64,000 nt of DNA from Podarcis tiliguerta (taxonomy: Eukaryota). Below, in pieces: positions 23,401 to 35,800 of this stretch. Within the stretch, counting starts at the first letter, position 1. Each line of letters opens with the position of its first letter. The translations under genes and the position numbers were made by a program. The notes beneath the pieces were generated by a model that worked only from the letters and a program-made list of their open reading frames with translations, made no database searches and was not told the origin of the DNA. The stretch lies in assembly GCA_965153285.1 (NCBI GenBank), contig OZ229110.1, one strand, 5' to 3'.

Positions 23401-26400
23401 AGTCTGCCAGACTAGCACTGTCATGCCTCCTAGCCAACTGGGGACTCCCACCCCAGGCCTCAGACAAGCTCTGCATGGGCCTGGGGATAAAACAGTTTGA
23501 CCCAATTAAATCACTGAGGCTTTTACCTTGGTGGGACTTGGGAGTGATAGCAGGCTGCCTTTATTTTAAGTGATGAATAAGTTTATTTGTCTAGACCACA
23601 AAGCCATAACATACAGCAATGCACAAACATTGTAAATGCAGGCTGTGAAACCATAAAATAGTCTACCATTTATTATTAAAATCATCTACCTCATGCACAG
23701 CTGAAATGTTTTAAGCTCACGCTTGCCAACACAAAAGGCATACAAAGAACGCACTGCTGGTGAGCACAGGTTTAAGGGCTTTTCCACACTTGCCTTTCCT
23801 CTGGTCTTTTCCAGGGACAGTCAGTGCTTCAAAGGTACGTGTCCAAGGAACTTTTTTTTTTTTTGCTCCAGAGCTTTCCCTGCAAAACCCCGCTCTTTAG
23901 TATTCAGTCGGAGCACATGTCAATCTGCAGAAAACCAGAATTGACATTTGCTCTGATTTCAGAGGGAAAGCTCTGTGGCAAAAAAGAAACACACTTGAAC
24001 ACAGAGCTTTAAAGTGCAGACTTGTGCCTGGAAAGAGTGGGGCAAAAGGTAAGAGTGGAGAAGGCCGAAGTTCTGGCGGGCTACACCCATGGCTGGGGCA
24101 GGTGGCTGGCACCTTCCATAGCAACTTCAGAACGATTCCTTTATACCAGAAGAACCAAACCACCTCAAAATTGCATTTGCGCTGTTGGCTCTGCCATGGA
24201 ATAACCCAGCATGACATAATGTTCCTGTTCCAAGCAGTCCCTTCTGTGCCACAAGCACAGAACTGTTATGCCACCTCTGATCCTGAACATCAACAGGACT
24301 TCCATACTGGGCTCTGTATTTTACAGGCCCCAACCGACAGCCTGACTTTGTGCATTGGTGTTTGTTTTGGATCATTTTTTATTATTTCAGAAGAGAGAAG
24401 GACCAAGTCTAAACACTGAAGCCTAAGGTCTTGGAAGCCTTGCTCAGCCTTCAGAAAACTGCAATTTCACAAGCAGGTTCCCAATTTATCTCAGCACCAA
24501 AAGGGTTAGAGATGTTCTCTTTTTATGGGGGGGAGTAAAAGAAAGAACCCCAAATGTCTCATCATGCTGCTAATCAAATACTAAGGTTGCATGCTACAAT
24601 TAGACACAGGATGCAGAGATCATCCCCCTTCACAGAAGCTGGCTTGGTTCTCAACCTTATTTGAAAGAGATGTTGAAGTAGCTAGCCTTTCATTATGGGC
24701 CTACAAGTCAGGGCTGGATCTGGGACCTATGGGCAACAGATTCCAGAAGGGTGCCATTTTCCTACCTCCAATGTCTTGTCTTCATGTCATTAAAAAAAAA
24801 CACTTCAGAACTGAACAGAAGGTCACCATATTGATTTTCACTTCTGGTGGAAAATCAGGGCTGGCTCTACAGTGAATATGGGATTCTGCCATAAAAGGGA
24901 TGCTTTTATAAACCTGCTGGTTCTTGGCCTATATAAGAAGCTAGAACACTTGCTGAAGACAAAGGTGACCAATTAATAACAATCATAGAATTGTAGAGTT
25001 GGAAGGGACCCTGAAGATTAGTCGTCAGTATTATTATCCCTGCACTGTAGATGGTGGGGCTGAGGCCAAAAGAGAGTGGCTTCTCCAAAGCTACAAAACG
25101 AGTTCCCTGCTAAGGCAAGGGTCAAACCAAGGATTTTGCAGCTCAAGCTGTTAGCTACTACACTAATTATTAGCATTCTGCACCAAGGCTGGACATCTTA
25201 TGTCCCACTAAGCTGAGTGTTCCCTGCGGACCACATCTATGGGCTGAGAGGTGCTCTCCGCCATGTTTTTTTGTAGGTCCATACCCCCTATAAGAAAGAA
25301 ACTAGAAGATTTATCAAGCCTTGAGAGTTTCACAATCTGCGACTGGTGGTCTGTGTTTGCCCTGGTGGATCACAAGCTGTGCAGACCTGCACAATGTCAC
25401 AGTTTCACAGCTGAGGGCTGGTGGGTGGGTGGGAGGGAATCCAGCTTGGAAATACACAGTGTGGTTCCATTTTAGGACACTGCTAGTCTCCCGTCTCCTT
25501 GGAATGGTTGCAAATATTTTCCTGGAGCGGCCTTGAATTCAGGCTCTTGCATAACCTTATCTATGTGATTCCCAGTCTGTTGGCAATTTCCTGTGACATT
25601 TTTAAGCATGGAAAAAAACACAAACCTTGTCCCTGCCACTTCCTAATTGCCAGCTCCTTGCACAATGTCTAATTACGCTTGAAATGCAATCAGCCCAGCA
25701 AACTGCCAAGCTTGGGGTGTGAGAACTCTGGCGCTAGGCACCCCAGTGGAAAGGAACACAGAAGTATTCCAGGGTTGGTGTTCAGGGGTGGGGAAATCTT
25801 GCTATTCAGAGGCTATTATGCAAGGGATATTTTTGCTGCCTTCCACGGGCCCCTGACGTTGCAATCTGCAAGGAACCGGCAGGAAGTGGCAAGTTGTGAA
25901 ACTCCCTGACAAGTCACTTATTAATGCCCAGTTCTTCTGCACAGGATCCTGAGCTGTCAAGAGCTGATTAGAGGAAGAAAGGGGGAAGGAGTAAGGACTG
26001 GGGAAAGCAGATCTGTGGGGACCCAAGCAAGGAAAGGCAATTGACCACTGTGGCATGCGTTTGACAGGCTTCCTTACATGGAGAATTGAGAGAGAGAGTT
26101 GATCAGGGAGGGAAGGAATCCCACAACAAGGCACTCTGTGTGGGGCAGAGAGGCTCAGGCCAGAGGAGCTGAATGGGCATTTCACAGCTGGCCCCTGTTC
26201 TCTACAGCAGTCACAATGAGGAGGGACTGTGAAGCTCAAACATTCTGGCTTCATGCAGCCAGAACCCCTCTATATGAACCCCTCATTCCACTCACCCACC
26301 CACCCAGGAAGGCTATGAGTTGTGCAAGCACCCAGCCCAAGGAAGATGCTGGTAAATTGCCTCCACCATACCTTTCTGGGGATGCCACATACTCAAGATC

Positions 26401-27721
26401 ATGCCTTTGTATGCCTCTCCCGCTCCATTAGGCAACCCAGAACTGTTTACAATAAGGTTACCAGATGTCCCCGTTTACCAGGGAAAGTCCCCAGATTTAC
26501 AAATCAGTCCCCTGACAAAATCCACTGAATTTGACTGAAGTTGAAACTTGTCCCCGGATTCATTGAAAAAAATCTGGTAACCTTAGTTCTGTAGCCACAG
26601 CTACCAGCACAGAGGTAGTTGCTTCTGCTTGGACATTTTAATACTACTCCGTAAGAGGTGTTAACATAGGAAGCTGCCTTAGACCAAATTAGACCATTGG
26701 CCCACCAAGTTCAATATTATCTCTACATGGTCTGGCAGGGTGTCAGGCAGGGGACATTCCCAGTCCTGCCTGGAAACTCTGGGAATTGAACCTGCAGGCA
26801 AAGCAGATGCAGTCAGGCCCAAGGCCCATTTAATCCAGCATCCTGTTCTCAGAGTGGTCAAACCAGATGCCTGCAGAAAGCCTCCAAACGGGGCACGACA
26901 GCAACAGCAGCTGAGGCTTCCAGCAACTGGTATTCAGAAGGATGGAGGCAGAACATAGCCATCATGAGGATCTACAGGCCTTTCCCTACAAATGATGGCT
27001 TTAAAAGGGGGGGAACCCATCCTTTTGACACTCTGTGACTTACACTGAATGCAAGTATGACAGAACAGCTAAGTGGAGTTCGTGTTTCAGGTTGAGACTG
27101 GCCCACCTGGAGTGGCAAAGGTGGGAAACAGGAGTCCCTGCTGCAGCAGGTAAATAAATCCTACCTATAAGAGTGGAATACCGTCGTTTTCTTTCCCTAT
27201 CCCACTGGTGCTACTGCTTCACCCCAGGGAGCTCCCTCTACTGGGAAGAAGAGGACTAGAGACACGGGGAAATCTCTTGCCTGATCTTTGGCGCTTGGGC
27301 CCCCTACTCTGCGCAATACCGCCCCCCACCCCGCGCAAGCCAGTCCTTCTTCCGACAGCGCCCCTGCAGGGAGGTGCGAGAGCAAACGGCCAGGTTCTTC
27401 GGGGCCAAAATGGTGCAAGGTGCAGTCGCTTGCACAGCTCAGCGTACAGCTTGCAATGGGAGAGAGAGGTGGCGAGAAAGGGGCACACGATGGCGCAGCC
27501 GTCGAAACAACACCCCCGCCAGCCCCAGAAAGGGGATGATGGATCGCAGCCGTGCCTCAAAGAAGAGCCGCTGCTGTGTGGGTCCCGTCGGGGGATGAGG
27601 GTGGGGTTCTCCTGGGGCGGCTTGAGGCTGGGCTAGAAGCGGCGTGCGAGCTCACCTTGCTGCCGGTGGGTGTCGAGTGGCCGCTCCCCGACGGGGAGCG
27701 ACAGACGGTCACCAGCGCCAT
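7961..27721 (-). CDS. SSH3: Protein phosphatase Slingshot homolog 3 (cofilin phosphatase family), 14 coding exons, 767 aa
   Basis: MALVTV.RSP N-terminus, SSH-N and DEK-C-like regions, dual-specificity phosphatase motif [12 protein letters not shown]3-type C-terminus (RQASV). Exons sum to 2304 nt in frame. Syntenic with ANKRD13D and GRK2. Confidence 0.95.
8689..9124 (-). CDS. SSH3: SSH3 exon 13
   Basis: (S)RHSSLWEQK...[14 protein letters not shown]...EEE|gtaag. Confidence 0.9.
9356..9581. mobile_element. Tc1/mariner (pogo/Tigger-like) MITE
   Basis: TIR of type CAGTGGTACCTC, TA flanks; homologous in inverted orientation to 57298-57534. Confidence 0.85.
10033..10233 (-). CDS. SSH3: SSH3 exon 12 (catalytic motif)
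   Basis: [26 protein letters not shown]...[13 protein letters not shown]. Confidence 0.96.
10473..10700 (+). mobile_element. tRNA-derived SINE (related inverted copy at about 13300-13530)
   Basis: A-box GGTGTAGTGGTTAGAG, core CCTAACCTACCTCACAGGG..GTTGTGA, A-rich tail. Confidence 0.75.
11381..11527 (-). CDS. SSH3: SSH3 exon 11
   Basis: [17 protein letters not shown]...[16 protein letters not shown]..., GT-AG. Confidence 0.95.
11824..11870 (-). CDS. SSH3: SSH3 exon 10
   Basis: [15 protein letters not shown](R), GT-AG. Confidence 0.94.
12646..12774 (-). CDS. SSH3: SSH3 exon 9
   Basis: IRTELE...[30 protein letters not shown]. Confidence 0.95.
13037..13130 (-). CDS. SSH3: SSH3 exon 8
   Basis: [35 protein letters not shown]. 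Confidence 0.93.
13836..14030 (-). CDS. SSH3: SSH3 exon 7
   Basis: [10 protein letters not shown]...[13 protein letters not shown]...; donor CA|gtcagt. Confidence 0.9.
14255..14320 (-). CDS. SSH3: SSH3 exon 6
   Basis: [21 protein letters not shown](W), GT-AG. Confidence 0.94.
15262..15457. mobile_element. Penelope-like retroelement terminal relic in inverted arrangement
   Basis: Inverted repeat AAAATCCTTCCAGTAGCACCTTA / TAAGGTGCTACTGGAAGGATTTT around a hammerhead-like core; inserted in a (CAT)n tract. Confidence 0.65.
16319..16390 (-). CDS. SSH3: SSH3 exon 5
   Basis: [23 protein letters not shown](G), GT-AG. Confidence 0.94.
16445..16693. mobile_element. hAT-family MITE
   Basis: TIRs CATGGGTAGGCAAAC / GTTTGCTGACCCCTG; perfect 8-bp target site duplication TTATAGTC (16437-16444 and 16694-16701). 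Confidence 0.9.
17574..17692 (-). CDS. SSH3: SSH3 exon 4
   Basis: [19 protein letters not shown]...LLGVDFPEE(G), GT-AG. Confidence 0.93.
20201..20390 (-). CDS. SSH3: SSH3 exon 3
   Basis: [14 protein letters not shown]...[13 protein letters not shown]. Confidence 0.93.
21735..22000 (+). mobile_element. L2 LINE fragment
   Basis: Degenerate ORF2 motif [18 protein letters not shown] followed by LQLVQNAA in a shifted frame. Confidence 0.7.
22725..22762 (-). CDS. SSH3: SSH3 exon 2
   Basis: cag|[12 protein letters not shown](R)|gtaag. Confidence 0.88.
26453..26585. mobile_element. MITE (hAT-like)
   Basis: TIR TAAGGTTACCAGA / TCTGGTAACCTTA; no clear TSD. Confidence 0.7.
27656..27721 (-). CDS. SSH3: SSH3 exon 1
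   Basis: [22 protein letters not shown]|gtgag. Confidence 0.93.
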
Positions 27722-28179
27722 GCGCGGCTTGCTGCGCCCTTCCTCCGCTCCCAGCGCGCGGGGAGCCGACGGGGAAAGATCGTGCCACTCGGCGCCGCTG
27801 CCGCCGCTGCAGACAGCCTCCAGGGGGCGGGCGTGCCCAGCCTTCCGCGCACTCCCTGGGTCAGGCCAGGGTGGGACCTGCCGGCCGTAAACTTTCTTCT
27901 CCTGCTCTCAGCCGCCTTAACCAGGAAGCTCAAGGATGCTGCGCGGCGGAATCGCCCACGTCCTTGGCGGGAGGCTCTTAAAGGAACCAGCCCCAAGACG
28001 CGGCAGGGTTTTCCCCAGCCGGGAGCGGAGGTGGGAGGAGCGTCGGGCTGCTCTGGGCTCGCTTCCCCAAGCCGCAGTGGCACTCTACCATCACAGGGGC
28101 CAAGGCTCAGCCCCGGCACCTATTCTGAGTGCTGCTAGGCCTGCGTATGATGGGAAGCGGGGTAACAAGCGCCTCTGAG

Positions 28180-28379
28180 CAGAGGTGCCAACTTGAATGA
28201 AATATTGGGGGGGGGGGAGAGACAGGTAAGCCCGGACCCACATAATCGATCACATGACACGCACACTATTTGAATGGCAAAGCCCATCAACTTCTTTTTT
28301 GGGGGAGGGGGGCGCTCAAATATTTTATAAAGGGGGGCGGCGAAGGGACCACAGCGGCCCCTAGGAGTTGGCTCTTATG
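28180..28379. mobile_element. hAT-family MITE within the SSH3 CpG island
   Basis: TIR-like ends CAGAGGTGCCAACT / AGTTGGCTCTTATG; 8-bp TSD CCTCTGAG / CTTCTGAG. Confidence 0.75.
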
Positions 28380-28989
28380 CTTCTGAGGATGTGCAGAGGT
28401 TGCTGCAGCTGCTGTGAGATTGCTGCTTCTTCTGCCTCGGGAGTGTTGGTGCAGCCGTGTGAAACGGAGGAGGCTCTCTTCCCGTTGTGGCCTGAACATT
28501 AGGGAGGGCGGCGGGCACCGTGTTTGTTTGTTTTCATGCATGCAGTTAAAATCTCAGCTAACACCAGAGTCGGAGCTTAAAATGGAAACCTAACGCTTTA
28601 CCGCTGCTGCCAGCCCCCCCGCATATTACTACAGTGACTCAGCAGGTGGTCGAGCGAAAAGCCGAACGTCAGATGCTGGAGAAGCAGCACAGCGCCCCCC
28701 CCCCCCCCACATCAGGCACGACGGCCGCATGGAGCCCACTGCCACCCCCGCCGCATATCGGGATCCAAAAAGCAGCCTTCCTAATCCATAGCACAGCCTT
28801 GCAAACATCACCAGTTGCTGATACCGCCGGGCCAGGCTATCGAAGGTAAAAGTAAAATCTGTTCAGAACTCAGCAGTGCTGAAATTCTAAATGCTTCGGA
28901 TATTGCGGAAGGCTGCCAGCAGACGACCTAGATAGACACCTAGCTCTTCCCCCTAAAAGCTCAAATTGCTAACCAGTTCTCATTGGAAG

Positions 28990-29133
28990 CATAGAATAGA
29001 ATCATAGAATTGGAAGGGACCCTGAGGATCATCTAGTCCAACCCCCTGCAATGCAGGAATACGCAGATGTCCCATACAGGGATCGAACCTGCAACCTTGG
29101 CATTATCAGCACCAAACACTAACCAACTGAGCC
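28990..29133 (-). mobile_element. SINE with tRNA-Ile-like head and CR1 3' tail
   Basis: GCTCAGTTGGTTAG...GGTTCGATCCC head joined to GGTTGGACTAGATGA...GGTCCCTTCCAA and an (ATTCTAT)n-type tail. Confidence 0.8.
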
Positions 29134-29288
29134 ATCTTGTAGCAGTTTTGATCCAAATCATTTCAAGCAATTAGCCCTTTGTAAGGGGAATGCTTTTTAA
29201 AAAATAATCAAGGAAATGATCATATATTTTAAAACATTAAAGTGCAAGTTGCATAGTGCACACTAGTTTCCACAGTTAAACCTCCAAG

Positions 29289-29398
29289 AACCATAGAATT
29301 GGAAGGGGCGACAAGGGTCATCTAGTCCAACCCCCTGCAATGCAGGAATCTTCTGCCCACACCCTTGAGATGAAGAGTCTCATGCTCTACCAACTGAG
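29289..29398 (-). mobile_element. SINE with tRNA-Lys-like head and CR1 3' tail
   Basis: CTCAGTTGGTAGAGCATGAGACTCTT head, partly deleted, with the same CR1 tail. Confidence 0.7.
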
Positions 29399-31713
29399 AA
29401 TTTGTTAAGTGTAGAAGACATAGCAGGAACTGCAGCTAATTCCTGGGGCTTTTTGTTGTTGATGCTTAATGTAAGCTGCTTCGTGAACATAATGGAATTG
29501 TTTGCTTTGCATTTGATCTTTAAACACACAGAACCAATGAAAGGGCGGACAACCACTTCACTTTCCTACCTGCCCAAGACCCAGCAGGTGGAAAGGAGCG
29601 TGGGCAGGTGGGTCAGCGGTGTGAAAGGCAGCAGCATCTCTTGTTGCTGTGGAGCTTTTGAAAGGAGTACGCAGGATTTCCAGGTTCACTGCAGGCAGCC
29701 CTAATCTCGGCACACTCAGCCTACCCACCCCCTCAATTCCCCAAGCCAGCCCCAGGCACACAGCTACAATACAGCCTATATGATACAGTGCTGCAATTTG
29801 GACCCAAAATTACTGCAGGCCGTTATGAAGCTGTTTTATAGCAAATCGGGCTATTGGTACGTCTAGGTCAGTTGTATTGCTTGCACTCTCTGGCAGCACC
29901 TCCTTAAGGGTTTCAGATTGGGAAGCCGTTTCCCAGCCCCAGCTGGAGACACCAGGGGTTGAACCCTGGATCTTTGGTTGCAGAGCATGTGCTGCACTAC
30001 CACTGAGTACAGCTCTTCCCCCAAAATGCAGCTGCTTAAGGCAGAGCAGCTCTCGGGAGCCCCTTGCACACCTTCCGAACTGGCAGGGGAGACTTGGCAA
30101 CTGAAACCAGCCAAAGCAATTTTAACAGTACCATTGCCACCTACTCTGTTTAAGGTCCTATGAGACACTGTGCTATCACGTGGCAGCCATGGTTCTTCAG
30201 TGCACAATCATCGTGCCTGGCTTCCTAAATTGCACCATGCAGAAGATTGAGCGGGGGGGAGAGGAAGGGAGGGAGATAGAGACAAATTGCAGTTCTATGT
30301 ATGCACACTAGATGGGGATATGCATTGTGTCAGGCAAGGCCAACAGGAATTTCTACAAAGCGCAGTGTATGTATATATTTGCACTTGGGCAGTCCAAAAC
30401 TATGATGCTATGTTGGCTGAGCAGACATATAATTTCAGTGGCCCAGTGAACAAATCCATTGGTTTCTTTGAGGCAAGATGGAAGTTGTCGGTTTGATTAA
30501 AGTTAAGAAAGGACATGTAGCGACAAGGAGTGGCAGAGATGTGTTGACAAAGAGCAATGGGGAAGAGTATTGGTGCAAAATGATGCACATGGTCTAGATG
30601 GTGCAAGGGCTGTGTACTATTGGCAGGAAGGGAGGAAGCAAAGGTGGAGGGTAGAGGATTGCTAGACTCTGCCAAGAAACTAAGCTAGTTGTTGCTTTAC
30701 TGTCACTGGGGCATTGGACTAACAGGGCAATGAGAGCAAAGGAGGTGTGTAGATTTCACTTAATGATTTAAACTGAACACTTTCTGAATATAGTTGTAAG
30801 AAAAAGGATGGTACTACTCTACGACTCCAAGATTGTATTATCCTCCCTCCCTCTCTCACCCCCCACCTGCCCTCTCTGCTATTGCTCCCACCAAATTGGG
30901 AATTAATAGCAACGTAGCCTGTTGAAGACCCTAAAGCAGCTTGTAAACCTTATCGTTTACCAAAATGGATACAGACTATCACCAACATATGGAGTCCCAT
31001 TAGTGTATTGAGGGACCAAAGTTTGCTCACGATACTAACTTGTTCTGGGTTGTCAAAACAAAACAAGGGATTGCAAGGAGTTCCAAAAGAATTTATCCAA
31101 ACTGGGTGAACTTAAAATAGCAAACACAATTCAATGTAAGTAAAATAAATCCTCATTTGACATATATAGTAATGGGGTCTGAACTGGCAGTGACTGACCA
31201 GGGCTGCACACACACTATATACCTTTAAAGGACATTCAAAGCACATTCCCCCTCAAAAGTATTCTGGGTACTGTAGTTCACCTCTCAGAGGGTTACGGTT
31301 CCCAGCAACATTGAACAAACTACAGTGCCCAGAATTCTGGGAAGGGACAGTATGTTCTGAATGTGCTTTAAGGGTGTAGTTTGTATGCAGCCTAGGAAAG
31401 ACCTTGTGGTCATAGTGGATATCTTGGTGAAAATGATGTCAACAGTGTGTGTGGCAGCTGTGAAAAAGGCGGATCCCATGCTAGGGATCATTAGGAACAA
31501 AATAATGCTGGTATAATGTTTTTTATGGTTCAAACTATCAGGGTTTTGGGGTTTTTTTGTGATTATACTAATTAGCATGTTTCCTAGTTTTTATAAGGAG
31601 AGCCACATAAATCCTAGCAGGTTCTGGAGCCAAGTTTCATGTTTATGTCACAGCCATGCAACCCGAGACCAAGATGGAAGAACGTCACAGCAGAGCAATG
31701 CTGGTTTCTTAGT

Positions 31714-31719
31714 TTTATT
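31714..31719 (-). terminator. Candidate ANKRD13D polyadenylation signal AATAAA
   Basis: TTTATT on the plus strand about 800 nt downstream of the stop. Confidence 0.6.
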
Positions 31720-32522
31720 TAGTAGTTCCTGCTGCCCAGAGCCCCCTGTGCCTGGTTCCCAGACATCAGGAGAAAGCCGCTCAGGAGTGGGCACAGCTGT
31801 TCCCTTTAGACCCACTGGGTTCAGTTTCTTAAAAAAAAAAAAAAACCACATACCTCCCACTCCCCTTCTTGTATATATCTTCAGAGATATAAATAAAATA
31901 AATTAAAAATAAGGGGGGCAGGGAGAGCAGCAGCTCGCAATGAGGAGGAAAATAAAACGCGGGACTGAAAATTATCCACCACACGGCAGCCTGGTTTCAG
32001 GTCTCACCGCAAAACATCAGCGCATCAAGCTCAAGGCTTCCCCACCGCCTTCTATTGCCACTTCCCCAACTTGGTCCCGTCCTCAACAGGCCCAAACCCT
32101 TGCAAGGAAAGAGAAAGCAGCACATTCACCATCAGTCTCCGAAAAATCTCATGCCGAGGTGATAAAAATTTCCTCAACGTCTCTCCTCCCCCCCCCCCGC
32201 CCCACATCCCGTCTCCTTCTTATTTGTTGCTGCTCCTCTTCTCCAACCTGCCTCTCTGTGCTGTAGAAAACATTTCCTCAGTGAAGGTTGAGGATATAAA
32301 GCAAATTTTTAAAAAAATCTTACAGGAAATAATACCAGAGGATGGAACCGAGTGAGTCCCAGGAAATGCAGAAGGTGCTGTCTTCTCACATCCAGCCTGA
32401 CCCTCAACTGGGAAGGGGCAAAGCATGAAACCCACCCCACCCCACCCCAGAGGTTAAAAATACAATGACGGCAAGGACAGCTAGGCTGGGCGGTGTGAGG
32501 CTTGAGGGAGGCTAGGACGCTG

Positions 32523-32802
32523 CTACTTCTCCGTCAGAGAGAGCTGGAGGATGCGCTGCAGCTCCTCGTCCTCCTCGCGGCGCTGGCGCTCCCTCTCCTC
32601 CTGCTCCCTCGAAGACAGCTCCATGGCCAAGCGCAGCTGCTCGTCAAAGCTGGGGTAGGGCGGGGGCAAGGCCGAGGAGCCACTCCCATTGGTGCTGAGA
32701 GGTGGGCTGCTCTCGGGAGGAGGAGCGCCACCGTTGCCGCCTCCAGACTCCACTGGGGTCAGGCCTGGCCCCGCCTGAAGGAACATGCTCTCCTGGATAG
32801 CC
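32523..32802 (-). CDS. ANKRD13D: ANKRD13D exon 15 (terminal coding)
   Basis: AIQESMFLQ...[14 protein letters not shown], stop TAG. Confidence 0.95.
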
Positions 32803-35800
32803 CTGAGAGGACACAGAATGAGAAGGAGGCATCAGCAAACAGGGCAGCAAGATATGGCTACTTGGTCATGCTTCTCAGGCCTGGTTCAGGCAAGCTTGCT
32901 CAAGCTGCTCTCAGATATGTCCCAACACCCTCGGCCCAATCTGGGCTTCCTCCGTTCCCACACAACTGCCCAGAGCCTGCTGGATGCTAGTAAAAAATAA
33001 AGAAATGGGCTGGCCTTTGGCTCAGTCTGGTTCCCAGTGTGCCTGATAGCTTTCTGGTGCTCTCGGCATCAATACAATTCACAGGTTAAAAACAGTGCTT
33101 TTTGTGTAATTGTAATACACCTATTTTCACACCGAGGGTGCTTCAAAGCGACCTGTTTACTGAACATCCATGACCATTTGTTAGCCAACCTTGTCTAATC
33201 TCCCTGCTATCTAAAGGTTTGCAAGGAAGCTAGATGATGTTATCTCGAAGCAAGTGTTATCTCACACTTCCCAGGGCATTTCCACATCATTTTCCATTAT
33301 CTTACATCAAAGATAACCTGACAGCTGGTTTGCCCAAAATGGCCAAATTCAAAGCCCTGGTGGGCCTAATTAGGCCTTTGGGCCACTGTGGCTTTAGCTG
33401 GTGGGGTTACTCAGTGAAGACCCTCCAAAGTTGACCTTACTTCATCGAAAGGCTCATCTTGTGATTAGGGGACTCTTCAGGCCCCAAGCCCCACACTTCA
33501 AATTGCTCTCAGAAATGAACCAGGGGCCAGTACAGTTGTTTAAATGTTGGTGATACGTTTGAAACACCTCATCCCATTTCACAGTCTAGTAGTTGTATTT
33601 TGCATTAATTACAGTTTCTGGGCAGTTTTCAAAGGTACTCCCATGTAGAATTTATTTCAGTAACCAAGCCTTGAAGTTACCAGGGAATGGAAACCCAAAG
33701 TATAGGCTACCCCCTTGTCTAGGGCAGAGCCACAAGCTGGTGCATTTGTCTCAAGGTGCTCTGCCCCACTTGGGCCTCTAGTGAGAAAGTGGGGTGTAGA
33801 AGCCCCCTAAACCGTAAGCATGATTCTTCAGAGTATAATCCTATGCAGAACAGACTGAATAGCATTCTCTGGACATAGGCATTAGGTACCCATCAACAAT
33901 TTTTCCATCTTATCTGGATTGGATAAACAGCAGTCATCTAGCCTTTGAAAGGCTTGTGTTTTTTCTTCCTGTTGTCCCCAGATTGTTGCGTTGCATCATA
34001 ACTGTGGGTGGGCTTCCTGCTGGGCAGCAACTCAGGAAATGTAGGAGAAAGGGGAAGAGGCTACTGCTTGTAGTGAAGAAAACGCCTCACTGCCTGCACA
34101 GGCCACACCACGACCCAGGGGTTTCCCCCCTGTTTGTTCCCTGGTTTTCACTCCTTATGCATTTCTATGCCCTACAAGAAGCCTAAAGGATCTCCCGTGA
34201 TGCAGTCTATGTGTGCTCTTACCCACACTGCTGTACTCCACATCTCAGCAAAGGGCTTGCCCCAGTTCTGGATCAGTGCAGGGAATGTTCACACCAATTC
34301 TCTCAAAAAAGCTGTCGTTTACTGCTGAGATTACTGCCAGGGCAATTTTGCACGAGTAGTCTGTTTCAGTGACGAGAATAAAGCATCTTTGTGGTACTGT
34401 AAAGATTGTGGCCATTTTGCATCATAAACTTTTTGAGGGCTAAAGCCCATTTGGTTAGATGGAGTGGCTGCCAAAGTGGGAATCTACCCACAAAGTAGAG
34501 AGTGAACCTTTCTTTCCACAAAGTGAGGCCAACCTCCCCACCACAAGCAATACAAAAGATAGCAGCAGGTTTGCCACAATACTAGCCAGAGCTAGTTGGT
34601 ATACAACTACATTCATTTGATTGTATCTGGTGGACCCACTCAGAGTAGGTGTGACTCTCAACAGGGATCTGCTGGGGTGACTAGGCATAGCAAGCTGAAT
34701 CAGGTAAATAAAGATCAAAAGAAAGACAAATATGTTAGTTAACTAGCCACTCCTGGTCTTCATCAAGTCCAAGTTTCACTGCAGCAAACTTGGTAATGAA
34801 TTTCAGCTAATGGCTGAAGTGATCTGAAAGCACCTAAGGCCACCTCTTTGCTGAAGGTGTGAGCCTGGTCAGTGCCTGGGAGACCACCTGGGAACCATCT
34901 GTATGCTGGAAGAAAGGTGGGATATAAATGTAAGAAAAATTAAATAACACCCCCCCCCGGCCTAGTCTCACACAAGAATTGCCATTTGAAACTTTGCGGT
35001 CTGCTTGTACTTTTAAGGAGGGGACCTCAAGGTCTGTTTCAATAAGTTCTGGGAGACTGAAATGCTCCTCTTGCCTTGGCTTCTGTGACTATTTTCATGT
35101 CTGATTTGTGTCTGTTTATTCCTTCATGTCACAACTGAGCAGTTTGACCCATGTAAACAACGGCATTGTCAGCAGATGACAGCGTGCGTCACATGAGAAG
35201 ATGCACAGGCCAATGAACCCTGAATGGAATGGCTGTTATTTGGTCCTGAGATAGCGTTTGAGTAGGCATAGGAGACAGAATTGGAGTAAAGTATGTCACT
35301 TCTGGGCTGTCTGCACTGCCTGAATAGTAGGAGTAAACTAAACTGCAGTGTTGACAACACAGAAAAACAAAATTCCTGCATTGCAGGGGGTTGGACTAGA
35401 TGACCCATGTGGTCCCTTCCAACCCCACAATTCTAAGATTCTGTTATCTCAGAAGTTACTGCTGGGAGTAAATTCCTGCTGCTTGAGAGCATGAGTGCAA
35501 ATGTGCCTTCTGTCTTCTCTCAACTGCTGAATTTTAAGGAAGCTCTGTGCTTGTAGAGCAATGGGTACCATACCAAAAAATTGCTCATACCAAAAAACCT
35601 CCTTCAGGCTCTCTTAGCCTTCTCAGTTCTGTTGGCATCGTTCTCCAATTGGTGCCGGAAAGCGGGTGGTGCTTGCTTTCCACCCACTGGCAGACTGCAA
35701 TTGTTCAAGAGATTTTCAAATTATTATTAGAAATAAGAACTGGCACCGCTGCAAAAACCCACAGAGGAATCTTACAGCTGAATGTGAAATATCACAAGCG

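Larger units (their letters stand above)
27290..28850. promoter_or_regulatory. CpG island and promoter of SSH3
   Basis: CpG-dense region around exon 1, with GC boxes. Confidence 0.75.

Noticed and set aside
27197-28178. Cluster of 70-160 aa ORFs around SSH3 exon 1
   Set aside because: CpG-island artefacts; the real exon is 66 nt.
29070-29133. tRNA-Ile(GAT)-like sequence
   Set aside because: Acceptor stem is not intact and the sequence is fused to a CR1 tail, so it is a SINE head rather than a tRNA gene.
34850-34910. 5S rRNA-like sequence
   Set aside because: Partial and diverged with a retroposon tail; not an rRNA gene.
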